A DNA stretch of 63,351 nt, filler included, from an uncultured Chlamydiae bacterium (GCA_937899275.1; 8 parts of 8 records of this genome joined end to end with filler, not necessarily neighbours in it), one strand, 5' to 3'; shown: positions 27,829 to 38,773, numbered from the whole stretch's first letter. Program-made: numbers and translations. Notes: generated from the sequence alone by a model not told the origin.

Positions 27829-29765
27829 TTGATACCTGCTGTCTCTAAGGCAAAATGAGCGGAAATGGTTTTTTCAACAGAAGGTGCATCTAGTTGTAAA
27901 ACGTTTAGCAAAATATCTCTTTGTCCATGAGGAACAAACCGATCGGGAACGCCGATGGAAAGCATATCGATATGTTGCTGTTTTTCCTTCATTAAAAGAC
28001 GGCTGATAATCGCGCTTAATCCAGTTAATACGCAGTGTTCTTCTAATACCACAAGACGGGTATGTTTTTTCACCGCATCTAAAATGGTTTTTTCATCGAA
28101 AGGTTTGATGAAAATAGGATCGATGATGGTAGTAGAAAATCCTTTTTTTTCTAATCTATTAGCTACATCTACAGCGGTTTTACACATATGCCCAAGAGCA
28201 ATAATCAAGAGATCTTCTCCTTCTTGTAATACCTCTGCTTGACCTAATTTTCTTTCGATTAAAGGGGCGTCTTCTGGATCAAGTGAAAAATCTGCAGGAA
28301 GATTAGGATAGCGAATAGCTGCAGGCGAATCCCACAAAAGGCTTTCACTGAGCAGCTCTTTGAGTACTTTACCCGATCTTGGCTGCGCTAAGATCATATG
28401 GGGCATGGCATATAAAAACCCAATATCGTAAATGCCATGGTGGGTAGGTCCATCAGGTCCTGAAAGAAAGGCTCTATCAATAGCAAAGACCACAGGTAAA
28501 TTTTGCAGGCATACATCGTGAAATACGTTATCTAAAGATCGTTGTAAAAACGTTGCATAGATTGCTAAAAATACTTTTTGTTTTCTCTGATAGGCCATGC
28601 CTCCTGCAAAAGTTGCGCTATGGCTTTCTGCAATACCCACATCAAAACAGCGCTCTGGGAACTCTTGCATAAATGCGGTTAAACAAGACCCTGCAGGCAT
28701 CGCAGGGGTAATGGCTACTACTCTAGAGTCTTTTCTGGCAAGCTCTAGTAGATGCTGGCCAAATACTTTTGGAAAACTTAAGGTTGTTTTTCCGGAAGAT
28801 AGAAATTGTCCGCTTTCTGTATCAAAAGGTTTGACGCCATGATATGAAGTGGGATTAGCTGAAGCTACAGGCATCCCTTTTCCCTTCACTGTCATCACAT
28901 GCAGTAAAATAGGTCTGTCCGTATTTTTGATAGCGGCAAGAGTCTGGGTCAATTTCTGCAGGTCATGACCATCTACAGGCCCTACGTAGTTTAGTCCAAA
29001 CTGTTCGAAAAATACAGCGGGTGACACTAAGTTTTTAATCGATTCTGTCAGTTTTTTACCCTGTTTAGCAAGAGAGCTGCCATACCCTGGAATTTTTCCT
29101 AAAATGCTTTGGGTTTCATGGTAGATTTTATTGCAAAAGGGGCTGTTAATGATTCTGCTTAAAATATTTTTGATGTTACCAACGTTTTCTGAAATCGACA
29201 TCGCATTGTCATTTAAAATTAGGATAAAGCGCTTCATATCTTTAGGAATATTATTCAACGCTTCTAATGTAACGCCGCAGGTTAAAGAAGCGTCTCCTAA
29301 AATAGGAATCACATGGTGCTGATTTTTTTGGATATCTCGGGTTTTAGCTGCGCCTAAAGCAAGCGATAAAGCCGTTCCTGCATGACCAGCATAGAAATGG
29401 TCGTGGGCAGATTCTGTAGGATCGGTAAATCCTGAAAGCCCGCCCCATTTGCGAATTTGAGAAAATCGGTCCAATCTACCGGTTAATAACTTGTGTACAT
29501 ATGCTTGGTGACTTACATCAAAAATCAGTAGGTCTTCAGGAGAAGAAAAGGTGTAGTGTAGCGCTATAGAAAGCTCCACAACACCTAAATTTGAAGAAAG
29601 GTGGCCTCCGTTTACCGATAAAACAGAAATGATTTTTTCACGAATCTCTTCTGCTAAAGCGGTTAAATCTTTTACAGACCAGGTTTTTAACTCATCAATT
29701 TTTTCTAAATAGCTCAAAAAATCCTCAATAATTGCATTCTTCTGTTTTCGGAGTAAGGGCTTCAT
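27825..29765 (-). CDS. dxs: 1-deoxy-D-xylulose-5-phosphate synthase
   Basis: GGHLSSNLGVVEL, DVSHQAYVHK, GDASL, NDNAMSI, DVGIAE, DGPTHHG. Confidence 0.97.
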   Translation of the reverse strand: MKPLLRKQKNAIIEDFLSYLEKIDELKTWSVKDLTALAEEIREKIISVLSVNGGHLSSNLGVVELSIALHYTFSSPEDLLIFDVSHQAYVHKLLTGRLDRFSQIRKWGGLSGFTDPTESAHDHFYAGHAGTALSLALGAAKTRDIQKNQHHVIPILGDASLTCGVTLEALNNIPKDMKRFILILNDNAMSISENVGNIKNILSRIINSPFCNKIYHETQSILGKIPGYGSSLAKQGKKLTESIKNLVSPAVFFEQFGLNYVGPVDGHDLQKLTQTLAAIKNTDRPILLHVMTVKGKGMPVASANPTSYHGVKPFDTESGQFLSSGKTTLSFPKVFGQHLLELARKDSRVVAITPAMPAGSCLTAFMQEFPERCFDVGIAESHSATFAGGMAYQRKQKVFLAIYATFLQRSLDNVFHDVCLQNLPVVFAIDRAFLSGPDGPTHHGIYDIGFLYAMPHMILAQPRSGKVLKELLSESLLWDSPAAIRYPNLPADFSLDPEDAPLIERKLGQAEVLQEGEDLLIIALGHMCKTAVDVANRLEKKGFSTTIIDPIFIKPFDEKTILDAVKKHTRLVVLEEHCVLTGLSAIISRLLMKEKQQHIDMLSIGVPDRFVPHGQRDILLNVLQLDAPSVEKTISAHFALETAGIK

Positions 29766-29964
29766 CTACCTGGATGGAGCCGTCGCGATTTTTCATCAAG
29801 ATGCGCACTTTTTCTTCCGCCTGTTTTAGCTCCTTAGAGCAGCTTTTAATCAACGTATCTGCTTCTACAAAAAGTTGTAAAGAGTTTTCTAACGAGGTAG
29901 TAGGCTCATTCATTTGTTGTAAAATAGCTTCTAAGCGTGCAAAAGATTCTTCAAACGATTTCAT
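29725..29964 (-). CDS. xseB: exodeoxyribonuclease VII small subunit
   Basis: SFEESFARLEAIL...SLENSLQLF; downstream of xseA. Confidence 0.92.
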   Translation of the reverse strand: MKSFEESFARLEAILQQMNEPTTSLENSLQLFVEADTLIKSCSKELKQAEEKVRILMKNRDGSIQVDEALTPKTEECNY

Positions 29965-31225
29965 AATTTGTATCCTTATGGGTGACCTCTGCCTTTAGAT
30001 CACCATCTTGTAATTTGGCAAAAATAGTATCTCCCACCTCGATTTCTTTTGATGAGACAATCACAGAGCTTTTGTTTTTTGAAAAAAGAATAGTATATCC
30101 TTTTTTCAATAGCTGTTTTGGATTAATGGCATGTAAATGATTTTGATAACTTTCTAATCTCTTTTTTTTCTCTTGGATTTGATGGTAGGTATTTTTTTGT
30201 TCCCATTTTTCCATCATATGACGCAGGCGCCCTTTTGTATGATCGAGCTTGTATTGAATAGATCGGTCTAATTGAGAGCTTTTTTCATCCAACATTTGTA
30301 TTGATTTAGCGAGAAAATACGAAGGATCAGAAAAGTGGGGTAGCCTAGTTAAAAGAGCTAAGTTTTTCTTTTTCCCCTCAATAGAGTCCTGCATTTTTTG
30401 TTCCATTTTTCTTTGGATGCTCTGCATATATTCTATAAGAGACTGCGTTTCTTTTACAGCAAGTTCAGCTGCAGCAGACGGAGTGGGGGCTCTGATATCG
30501 GCTACAAGATCGCAGATGGTATAATCGATTTCATGGCCTACTGCAGAAATAATGGGGATATCGGAGTGAAACACCGCTTCTGCAACTATTTCTTCATTAA
30601 AAGCCCATAGATCTTCTAAGGAGCCCCCACCTCTTCCCACAATCAATAGATCGCAAATCTTTTTTTCATTGCATTCATAAATAGCCTGGGCGATTTCATT
30701 TTTTGCAGTATCTCCTTGGACTTTTACAGGATATAGAATCAGATGAAAGCCAGGTGACCTTCTCCTTAAAACATGGACAATATCCCGAATGACCGCGCCG
30801 GTAGGAGAGGTGATCACTCCAATTTTTTTTGGAAAAGCGGGTAACGGTTTTTTTTTCTCTAGAGAAAACCAGCCTTTTTTTTGCAGTTTTTCCTTTCTAG
30901 CTTGCAGCTCTAAAAGGAGCTTTCCTACGCCTACTGGCTCCACTTCTTTGACAATAATTTGATAGGAGCCTCTAGGTGGATAAACGGAAAGATCTCCCGA
31001 AACAATGATCTGATCACCGTGTTTAAACGTATTTTTTTCTTTACGAGCGTTTCGGAAAAAGGCGCAAGATATCTGCGATTTTTCATCTTTTAATGTGAAG
31101 TAAAGATGCCCTGAAGAATGCAACGTCAAATTGCTTACTTCGCCTTGCACCCGTACAGTAAGAAATCTACTTTCTAAAGTTTGTTTAATAGAAAAAGTCA
31201 GTTCACTAACGGTCAGAGCTTGCAT
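29951..31225 (-). CDS. xseA: exodeoxyribonuclease VII large subunit
   Basis: GEVSN, SGHLYFTLKD, GRGGGSLEDLWAFN, AVGHE, TPSAAAE. Confidence 0.97.
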   Translation of the reverse strand: MQALTVSELTFSIKQTLESRFLTVRVQGEVSNLTLHSSGHLYFTLKDEKSQISCAFFRNARKEKNTFKHGDQIIVSGDLSVYPPRGSYQIIVKEVEPVGVGKLLLELQARKEKLQKKGWFSLEKKKPLPAFPKKIGVITSPTGAVIRDIVHVLRRRSPGFHLILYPVKVQGDTAKNEIAQAIYECNEKKICDLLIVGRGGGSLEDLWAFNEEIVAEAVFHSDIPIISAVGHEIDYTICDLVADIRAPTPSAAAELAVKETQSLIEYMQSIQRKMEQKMQDSIEGKKKNLALLTRLPHFSDPSYFLAKSIQMLDEKSSQLDRSIQYKLDHTKGRLRHMMEKWEQKNTYHQIQEKKKRLESYQNHLHAINPKQLLKKGYTILFSKNKSSVIVSSKEIEVGDTIFAKLQDGDLKAEVTHKDTNYEIV

Positions 31226-31604
31226 AGAAAAACGCTTTGATATTTCAGTATATACTAAACAAAAGAGCGATTTTTATCGAGAACGGTCGAAAAAATCTAT
31301 TTTTAGACGCTTATTTTTTTCCTGACTCTAAATGAACAGCTTGTCCCAGGTGATATAGAATTTTCGCGCTAAAATAAAAAATAGCTAGCAATGCTATTGC
31401 TTATTATAGCGCATATTTTTCCTCTATAACAAGAGAGCTGCTGTTTACTGGTAAATAAGTCATAAACTATCCTTTTTTTTATAATCATTAACTCATTAAT
31501 ATTTTAAATTAAATATAAAATATTAATTTGATTTTTTATTAACCTAAATTTAGGTGTTCTGTAGAAAAAGATCAGAGCCGTCTACTTTGCCTAAAGAGAC
31601 ATTC

Positions 31605-31633
31605 TTGCTAAAAGGTAAAGCTTTCTTTATGAT
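31605..31633 (+). promoter_or_regulatory. putative sigma70/sigma66 promoter of tpiA
   Basis: TTGCTA-17 nt-TATGAT, 27 nt upstream of the GTG start. Confidence 0.55.
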
Positions 31634-31660
31634 AAAAGAAAAATATTTGGGTACTTACTT

Positions 31661-32410
31661 GTGAAAAAATTTCCTTTAATTATAGGCAATTGGAAGATGT
31701 ATAAAACTAATACAGAAGCCAAAGCCTACGTCTCTTCTCTTTTATCCTTATTGGAAGAGGTGAAAACACCTGCTGGATTAGCCGTTCCTTACACTGCGAT
31801 TTCTCTATGTGCAGATCTTGCAAAAGATCATAGCCTTCTGATTGGAGCTCAAAACATGCATAGCGCTGAAGAAGGCGCTTTTACAGGGGAAATTGCGGCA
31901 GATATGCTTGTAGATGCAGGTGCAGAATTTGTGATTATTGGCCACTCAGAAAGGAGAAAGCTGTTTGGAGAAAGCAATGCAGATGTCGCAAAAAAAGCCC
32001 AGAAAGCGTTGGAAAAAGGCCTTCAGGTCATTGTTTGTGTTGGTGAAGAAGAAAAGCATAGAAAAAAGGGAAGGGAAGCATTTTTAGAAGCGCAACTTAA
32101 AGAATCTTTACAAGGTGTAAAAAAAGATTTTTTGGCTTCTTTGTGTATCGCCTATGAACCTGTATGGGCTATAGGCACGGGGAAAAGCGCTAAGCCAGAC
32201 GAAGTAGACCAAATCCACCAGTTTCTAAGATCTATCTTAGAAACCATGTTCACCAAGACGCATGCAAAAAAAGTAGCGATTCTCTATGGAGGTTCAGTAA
32301 AAAAGGAGAATATAGTATCCTATATGAAAAAAACAAATGTGCAAGGCGCTTTGATTGGCGGAGCTTCGTTGAAAGCTCATGATTTTGCCGATATGGTGCA
32401 ATTGCATTAA
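31661..32410 (+). CDS. tpiA: triosephosphate isomerase
   Basis: GNWK, GHSERR, AYEPVWAIGTG, YGGSV, GGASL. Confidence 0.98.
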   Translation: MKKFPLIIGNWKMYKTNTEAKAYVSSLLSLLEEVKTPAGLAVPYTAISLCADLAKDHSLLIGAQNMHSAEEGAFTGEIAADMLVDAGAEFVIIGHSERRKLFGESNADVAKKAQKALEKGLQVIVCVGEEEKHRKKGREAFLEAQLKESLQGVKKDFLASLCIAYEPVWAIGTGKSAKPDEVDQIHQFLRSILETMFTKTHAKKVAILYGGSVKKENIVSYMKKTNVQGALIGGASLKAHDFADMVQLH

Positions 32411-32437
32411 ATTCATGTTAAGCGGAGCTACACTTCA

Positions 32438-32749
32438 GTGATCGTATTTTATTTTTTTCTTTTCCTTTTCCTTTTTTTATCCATCATCCTTTCTTGTACA
32501 ATTTTACTACAAGAATCGAAGACTATGGGCTTAGGCGCATCTTTTGGTGGAGATAATGGGGACTCTTTATTTGGAACGTCTACTGCAGATGTTTTAAAAA
32601 AATTTACCGCCTATTTAGCTGGTTTTTTTATGATCGCCTGTATTTTGCTTTCGCTGTGGACTTCTGTTATCGGTCGAAGCGGCTCGAAAAAAATGTCTTT
32701 TGTAAAACAAGCTAAACCCAAAGTAGAAGAAACAAGAAATGCCCCTTAG
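32438..32749 (+). CDS. secG: preprotein translocase subunit SecG
   Basis: Two TMs flanking ILLQESKTMGLGASFGG; follows tpiA. Confidence 0.93.
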   Translation: MIVFYFFLFLFLFLSIILSCTILLQESKTMGLGASFGGDNGDSLFGTSTADVLKKFTAYLAGFFMIACILLSLWTSVIGRSGSKKMSFVKQAKPKVEETRNAP

Positions 32750-33272
32750 ACTGCGTTTTTATGGTGATCCGATCTTGCGCAAAAAATGCGCTCCTGTAGA
32801 AAGCATTACGCCAGAGATCGTATCTTTGATTGAAGAAATGGTGGAAGCTATGGACGCTTACAAAGGGATTGGCCTCGCAGCCCCTCAAGTGGGCAGGCTA
32901 CTACAGATTTTTGTTGTAAGAAAAGAAATACAATCTCCCGATGGAACCATTTCTCTAGGCGAAGCCAAAGCTTATATCAATCCTAAAATATCTAATCCAG
33001 ATCCAAAATCTACAGAGATGTTAGAAGGGTGTCTATCTGTTCCTGGTCTTCAAGTTCATGTCAAAAGACCTATTGCCATCGATGTAGAGTATATGGATAT
33101 ACAAGGAACGATGCAAAAAGAGCGTTTAGTGGACTTCCCAGCTCGGGTGATTATGCATGAAAACGATCATTTACACGGTAGGCTGCATTTAGATCGAGCC
33201 GGTAAAAAAGAAAAAGATCGGTGGGAAAAAGAGCTGCGCGCTCTAAAGAAAAAATACAAGCATACCTACTAG
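32739..33272 (+). CDS. def: peptide deformylase
   Basis: GIGLAAPQVG, EGCLS, HENDH. Confidence 0.97.
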   Translation: MPLRLRFYGDPILRKKCAPVESITPEIVSLIEEMVEAMDAYKGIGLAAPQVGRLLQIFVVRKEIQSPDGTISLGEAKAYINPKISNPDPKSTEMLEGCLSVPGLQVHVKRPIAIDVEYMDIQGTMQKERLVDFPARVIMHENDHLHGRLHLDRAGKKEKDRWEKELRALKKKYKHTY

Positions 33273-33279
33273 CGCTAGA

Positions 33280-35306
33280 CTAGCCTCGCTGCACCTCTAG
33301 GCCAAACGTTACCCGGTCATCTTTTTCTGTATGCTCATAGGTAAGGCGCATATCGCAATAAGATACAATCGCTGTTTTCGCTTCGAATTTCCCCTCTATG
33401 TAACGCTCCAAAAACCCGCAGCGAAGCTCTCCTTCTATACTTGATAAAGGCGTCATTCGAATAAACGCTTTTGTAATCAATGCCGATCTTTTTTTCGATA
33501 AAGGAGAGGATAAAAGCTCTTTCGGAGTGCGCGCGTTTTCTACAAAAAAATGAGACCGGTTGGCTTTTCTAAAAAACCACTTGGACCGGTACCAAAAATC
33601 CATGGAAAACGCAGCGTTTTGACTAGCTGTCCATTGCAAAGATAGCATTTGGTGATCGATCTGTTTTCTTCGGATAGAAAACGCTGTGGTAGAGCGCAGT
33701 AAAAACTGCGCATAATCTATGATCAAGTCGCTATGAATCCGCCAAGGAGGCTCTGCATCTTTTGCATAAGCAAAAAAACCTTTTGTAGATAGGGTATATT
33801 CGATCTGATTTTGCGCTATTTTTTGGTAGAAAAAGTTTTTTATTCCGATAGTCCACTCATGAAGAGATTGGATCCCATCTTTTGTAGAAAAAATCCATCT
33901 TGCATCAGCAGATGTGGGCTGAAAATACCCTTGCAGCTCTGCATAAGGCTGGATCAGGTGCGTTGTAGTAGAAAAGCGTTTTTTTCCTGAAGACTGCAGT
34001 AAAAAACCGTATCCTACCGATCCATAGAAACCTGGTTTTTTTGTCGGGCTATTGCTGTATCCTGTAGCTTGGAATATTCCTTTTGTTTGCCCCGATATCT
34101 TTGGAAAAAATGGCAAACGAAATGCTTTTATAATCTCTTCTTTGATCGAGGCTTTTCCCGAAGAAAAATCTTGTAAAGGGGTTCTTAAATTATCTGAGTA
34201 AGAAAACTTTTCATAGCCTCCTTCCACCTGAGTTTGAAAAATCCAACCCCACTTTTCAAAAGAATGCGTATTGATAGAAAGGAAAGGAAGCTGCTCGTAT
34301 ACGCTTTGAAACGAGTTCACCTTAGGATAAACCAAAGCATCTATTATCCAATACGGCTGAGTATTTTGGTATCGGAGCTTGGTTTCTTTTTCTGTGTTGA
34401 TGGCAAAATCTGTACTGGTAAAATCTCCAGGCATCAAAGGGTCGCTATACTTATCCCAGGAAAGATCAACCACATGGTCCTTTAAAACAGCTTTTCCCTT
34501 TCCTTGTAGGCGGTATCTTCTTTCTTTTTGTAAGTTAGTAGGAATCACATCAGAGGCAATATAGCTTTTGGTAATCAAAAAGTTGGGGCTTTTCTGTGGG
34601 AAATATTCTGTTTCTACCGCGCCTCCAAAACCTGTGCCGATTCGGTATTCTCCACGTAGGAAAACGCCCAACTGTTTCCAGGAGTAAGCAGCGTAGCGAA
34701 TAGATAGTCTGGGGCCTTTTCCCTTATCCCATGTCACGCTATAGCGGAATAATGGAGAGGAAAACGCCTTGCGGTTTACATGAAAAGAAGGAAGCCAAAG
34801 TGGTATTGAAAAAAAACGCGCTGATACTCCAGAAAACGCAAATAGATTGCCTGTTGGATCGATCAGGAGTTTACCGGTTTTAAGCTGCCAAGAGTGATTG
34901 CCAAGCTCTGCTGTAGTCAGTTGCACATGGAGCGCTTCGATCGATCGATCTTCTTTGAAATAAAGCTTTTCTGCATCTATGTAAAAAGGAGGGAAAAATG
35001 AGACGCTTTTTTCCAGCCATCCTGCACCTGTATCTAGATCGAAAAATAGTTTTTCTGCGGTAAATGTTTTGCCTTCGTACTGCAAAAGAATCTCGTTTGT
35101 AGCTTCAATAAAATGGGCATTTTCATCTTTTTTATAAAGGATGCGCTCTGCTTGTAGGCGGAACCTTTCCGCTTCAATTACCCCGCCATTTTCTGTATAT
35201 AGGCTACCGTTTTGGTAGGTGGGATTGGCAAGGTCAAGCGTGATTTTTGATGCATCTACTGCATGCAGCGAAGCTGCACTTAAAGCGAGCAATAGCGCTA
35301 TTTTCC
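33280..35306 (-). CDS. lptD: LptD/OstA-like outer-membrane protein (first codons cut by contig end)
   Basis: Signal peptide remnant, beta-rich ~675 aa; position convergent to def matches chlamydial LptD-like genes as I recall them. Confidence 0.65.
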
Positions 35307-35406
35307 NNNNNNNNNNNNNNNNNNNNNNNNNNNNNNNNNNNNNNNNNNNNTTAATTAATTAANNNNNNNNNNNNNNNNNNNNNNNNNNNNNNNNNNNNNN
35401 NNNNNN
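35307..35406. other. artificial contig linker
   Basis: N run with TTAATTAATTAA. Confidence 0.99.
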
Positions 35407-36143
35407 AGAAAGGGATCGATCCAAACCTTTTAGATGACGCTGGAAATACCCCACTTACTGTAGCGTTAAAAAACAAATCTTTTGAAGTTGCAAGAGCTCT
35501 TCTTAAACACCCATCTACTGAAGTAAACAAGGGAAGACTACAAAATAAAGCGCTGCATTACGCTGCCAAAGTTGGTATGTTCGATATGATTGAAGAGCTT
35601 TTAAAGCGTAAAGCAGACGTCAATGCGAAAGGATCAGAAGGCAATACTCCCCTACATTTAGCAATGAAGGATGGCTACCCTTTCCATCATACAGAATTAG
35701 ATAGAACGAGAAGTGTATCTTACATGATACAAATGTTTCATGATTATGGCGCTGACTTTTCTATAACAAACGACATGGGAGATACTCCCCTGATGGTTGC
35801 ATTACAAAGAGAGTACCGCCACTACAGTAGAGATGAATGGGGGCGTGGAATAAAACTTCTTTTAGCTAAAACAGGTAACCTCAAAAAAGTGAATAAAAAT
35901 GGAGAATCTGCCCTACACCTTGCAGCCAAACAAGGCAATCTACCCGCTGTAAAAGCGCTTCTTGAACGAAACCCTGAGTCTTGCCTTATAAAGACTAATA
36001 ATAAAGAAAGAGCTTCGGCTTACGTTAGTAAAGGAAGGCGTAGGGTAGACCTATTTACGTATAACCTTTCAGAAAGGTATAGGACTTATGAAGAAATATA
36101 CAATCTACTCAAAGACTACGAAAATACATATCAACAAGACTGA
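35407..36143 (+). CDS. ankyrin repeat protein, 5' truncated
   Basis: GNTPLTVA, ALHYAA, GNTPLHLA, GDTPLMVA, GESALHLAA; frame is open from the contig start. Confidence 0.93.
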
Positions 36144-36148
36144 AAATA

Positions 36149-36485
36149 CTAATAGACAATACCCATAGCAGCTTTCATTTGACGCAGGGTATTTTCTGCC
36201 TGAATATTTGCAGCTAACGTGCCTTTTTTCAAGATGTTTTGGACGTAGTCAAGATTATTTTCTAATGCTTTTCTTTTCTTCTGGATTGGGGTCATCACCG
36301 CTTCTAAGGTGTCGACTAAGGTCTGTTTCACCTTAGAATCAGCAAGGCCGCCTTCTCTATAACGCTCTTTAAGGGCATGTAACTCGTTTCGGGATGAAAT
36401 GCATTTAGGTAGTAAACACCAAACTATCTTCTACAACGCCTGGATCTTCAATTTTTTTGTGGTTGGGATCTGATGGCATTTTTTT
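36149..36485 (-). pseudogene. trpS: tryptophanyl-tRNA synthetase 3' fragment with two frameshifts
   Basis: KMPSDPNHKKIEDPGVVEDSLVF / YLNAFHP / ELHALKERYREGGLADSKVK...ILKKGT...MKAAMGIVY lie in three different frames. Confidence 0.8.
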
Positions 36486-36585
36486 NNNNNNNNNNNNNNN
36501 NNNNNNNNNNNNNNNNNNNNNNNNNNNNNTTAATTAATTAANNNNNNNNNNNNNNNNNNNNNNNNNNNNNNNNNNNNNNNNNNNN
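36486..36585. other. artificial contig linker
   Basis: N run with TTAATTAATTAA. Confidence 0.99.
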
Positions 36586-36667
36586 AACCCGCGATTCTAG
36601 AGAAAAAGAACGAAAGAAATATGGCCGCGCTGGCGCTCGAAAAAGCTTCCAATTCTCTAAACGTTAA
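36586..36667 (+). CDS. rpsI: 30S ribosomal protein S9, 3' end
   Basis: TRDSREKERKKYGRAGARKSFQFSKR*. Confidence 0.95.
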
Positions 36668-36694
36668 TCTTATTATACTCCTAGCGTTGTTACA

Positions 36695-37531
36695 CTAAAA
36701 CGCGAATGCAGCTTGCCAAGTCATATGGGTAAGCTGCTTTTTTAATCCCTTAAATAGTGCATTTGTTCCCTCTCTTTTTGCAATTTTTTGTCTTGCATAA
36801 GAGATAGAAAAACCCGAATATGCATGCACAGTTAGACGGAAAAGTGCGCTTACCTCTACTTCATGTATATCAGAAAAACGCTCCAATTGTTTTGGAATTA
36901 CGTAGCTGGTATCGTCTATTTTTGCTTTGTATCAAGAATGTAAAGAACTAGAGCCAAAAAAGTAGGTATAAGCAGCTTTGATGATAAATGCTTCCGTACG
37001 CCAAGGCTGGTAGGATCCAGTACATCCAACAAGGGGCATAAGATTTTTTAGGCGCAAACGTTTTTTTGGTTGTATCAACGCCCCATCGATCAATACAGGA
37101 AAAACCTTACGTCTTTTCCAGTGCATATCTTCAAAAGAAAAACCGGTGAAAGGGGCGCATTCTAAAGGGCCTAATCGAAAAGGATAGCCTATTTTTTGCG
37201 CAATTTCATATGAATAGCCTCTGGCTAGAAACTGCAATTTCTCGGTGGAATTTCTGCGAGTAAAAAAGCAACTTGGATGATCTGATAAAGGTTTTGCGTA
37301 GGAGAGTGTGCTGTGGGCGTATACTACATTTTGCTTTGAAAATTTGTAATCTAACTTGGTGAAAAAACTGCCAATATCGTGCCAGCTTTCTTGAACGGTT
37401 TCTAATAGAGAAGAGCTTTCATCAAAACCAAAAGATACGTCAGCATGTTCATAGCCAACAGAGGCGGAAATCATCTGGGTTGCATGGAGTGAAACAATAG
37501 AAAGCAAAAGAACCAGTGGGTATATTTTCAT
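36695..37531 (-). pseudogene. outer-membrane beta-barrel gene interrupted by one in-frame TGA
   Basis: Signal peptide MKIYPLVLLLSIVSLHA. ORFs 36932..37531 and 36695..36886 share a frame and are separated only by TGA at 36932-36934. C-terminus WQAAFAF. Confidence 0.75.
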
Positions 37532-37543
37532 GAATACTCAGCG

Positions 37544-38623
37544 CTAAAAATCAAGCCGGACTTTAGCGCTTCCTCCAAAAAAATATAAGTCTCCACAATT
37601 CCCATCGATTCCAAGGCGCGTACTATCTGCTAAATGGCGCATCACGTTTTGTCCTGTGAAAATTTTCATGTCTAACATCGTAGAAATATCGAGATAAAAA
37701 CGAGATCGACCAAAAGATGTTCCCCAGCCAAATCCTGTGGATACATCGCCATTTGCTCGCAGGTACACCTCTTGCGCTTTTCCTTTTTTTATCACGCCAT
37801 TTTGCACGGTTTGATTTGCAAAGTTTGCATTGTAATCGAAGTAAAAAATTGTTCCCGATGCATTGGTGAAAAGGTGAAAACCGAAGGGAAGTAAAAAGTC
37901 TATATCGCAGCCAATGCGAGGACCTAGCATCCAGGCTCTTGAATAGTTTTTAGATTGACGAGAGTTGACCACTAACGCCGATGAAGAGCCGTCAAACTCT
38001 ACAACGGGAAATACATTAGCATCAATTCCTAGTCGCTGTTTTATGAATGCAAGCCTTGCGCTGATAAATGGACGAAGGCTTAGGTGTTTGCCGATAAAAA
38101 GTGATCTTCCCATTTCTGCATCGCCTAAATTCATGTGGAGTAGCCAGTCGGAAGAAATGCTTTCCACATCGGCAGCAAAGTCGGCAAAACGCGATACGAT
38201 TAACTCTAAACTACTGGCTTTTTTCCTAGATGTTGTAGTAGACCTATACCAAGTATATTTTAGCTGCATATCCCAATCATCATAGTTTGGTTTTGCCAGC
38301 AAATAGGCCTGAAATCCTGGTCGAAAAGAAAATTTTTGGTAGATGAGCTCTGTTGCAATGCCTGTATTTACTGGACGAAATTCTGCGATATCTAACCCTT
38401 CTTGCGCCGCCTTCCAGTAAGTAAAGCTGCCTCCAAAAGAAAGTCCCCAAGCATTTCGAAGATCAATACGTGAAGAGGCGTTATAGGCGGTATACTTAGG
38501 AGACTTTCTATATTCACCTACGTCCTGATCATCCCAAGATCGGACAGGTCTATCGTAAAAGCTTTTGGGATGAGCGACGATTAAAAATGGTGCAAAGAGA
38601 AAAGCAAGCACAAGACGTTTCAT
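37544..38623 (-). CDS. MOMP-like/Lpg1974-family pore-forming outer-membrane protein
   Basis: Signal peptide; FTYWKAAQEGL, FRPGF, DWDMQLKYTW, GPRIG; C-terminal GDLYFFGGSAKVRLDF. Confidence 0.8.
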   Translation of the reverse strand: MKRLVLAFLFAPFLIVAHPKSFYDRPVRSWDDQDVGEYRKSPKYTAYNASSRIDLRNAWGLSFGGSFTYWKAAQEGLDIAEFRPVNTGIATELIYQKFSFRPGFQAYLLAKPNYDDWDMQLKYTWYRSTTTSRKKASSLELIVSRFADFAADVESISSDWLLHMNLGDAEMGRSLFIGKHLSLRPFISARLAFIKQRLGIDANVFPVVEFDGSSSALVVNSRQSKNYSRAWMLGPRIGCDIDFLLPFGFHLFTNASGTIFYFDYNANFANQTVQNGVIKKGKAQEVYLRANGDVSTGFGWGTSFGRSRFYLDISTMLDMKIFTGQNVMRHLADSTRLGIDGNCGDLYFFGGSAKVRLDF

Positions 38624-38773
38624 GAAAGAATCCTTTTTTTTCAGATTACGGGATTTCTTTAGAACGCGCAACTAGGAAAAATAGATATCTAGTAGATTAT
38701 TCTATTTTTTTTTCGATTCTTGCGTAATTTGCATCGGTTTAGCTAAACTCACTTGCAAAAAAGGAATCACGCA

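Noticed and set aside
36932..36934. Genome-wide TGA recoding (in-frame TGA plus a damaged trpS)
   Set aside because: TGA is the true stop of conserved genes here (gyrA 25501-25503, rpmE 55559-55561, exbD), and Trp is encoded by TGG throughout.
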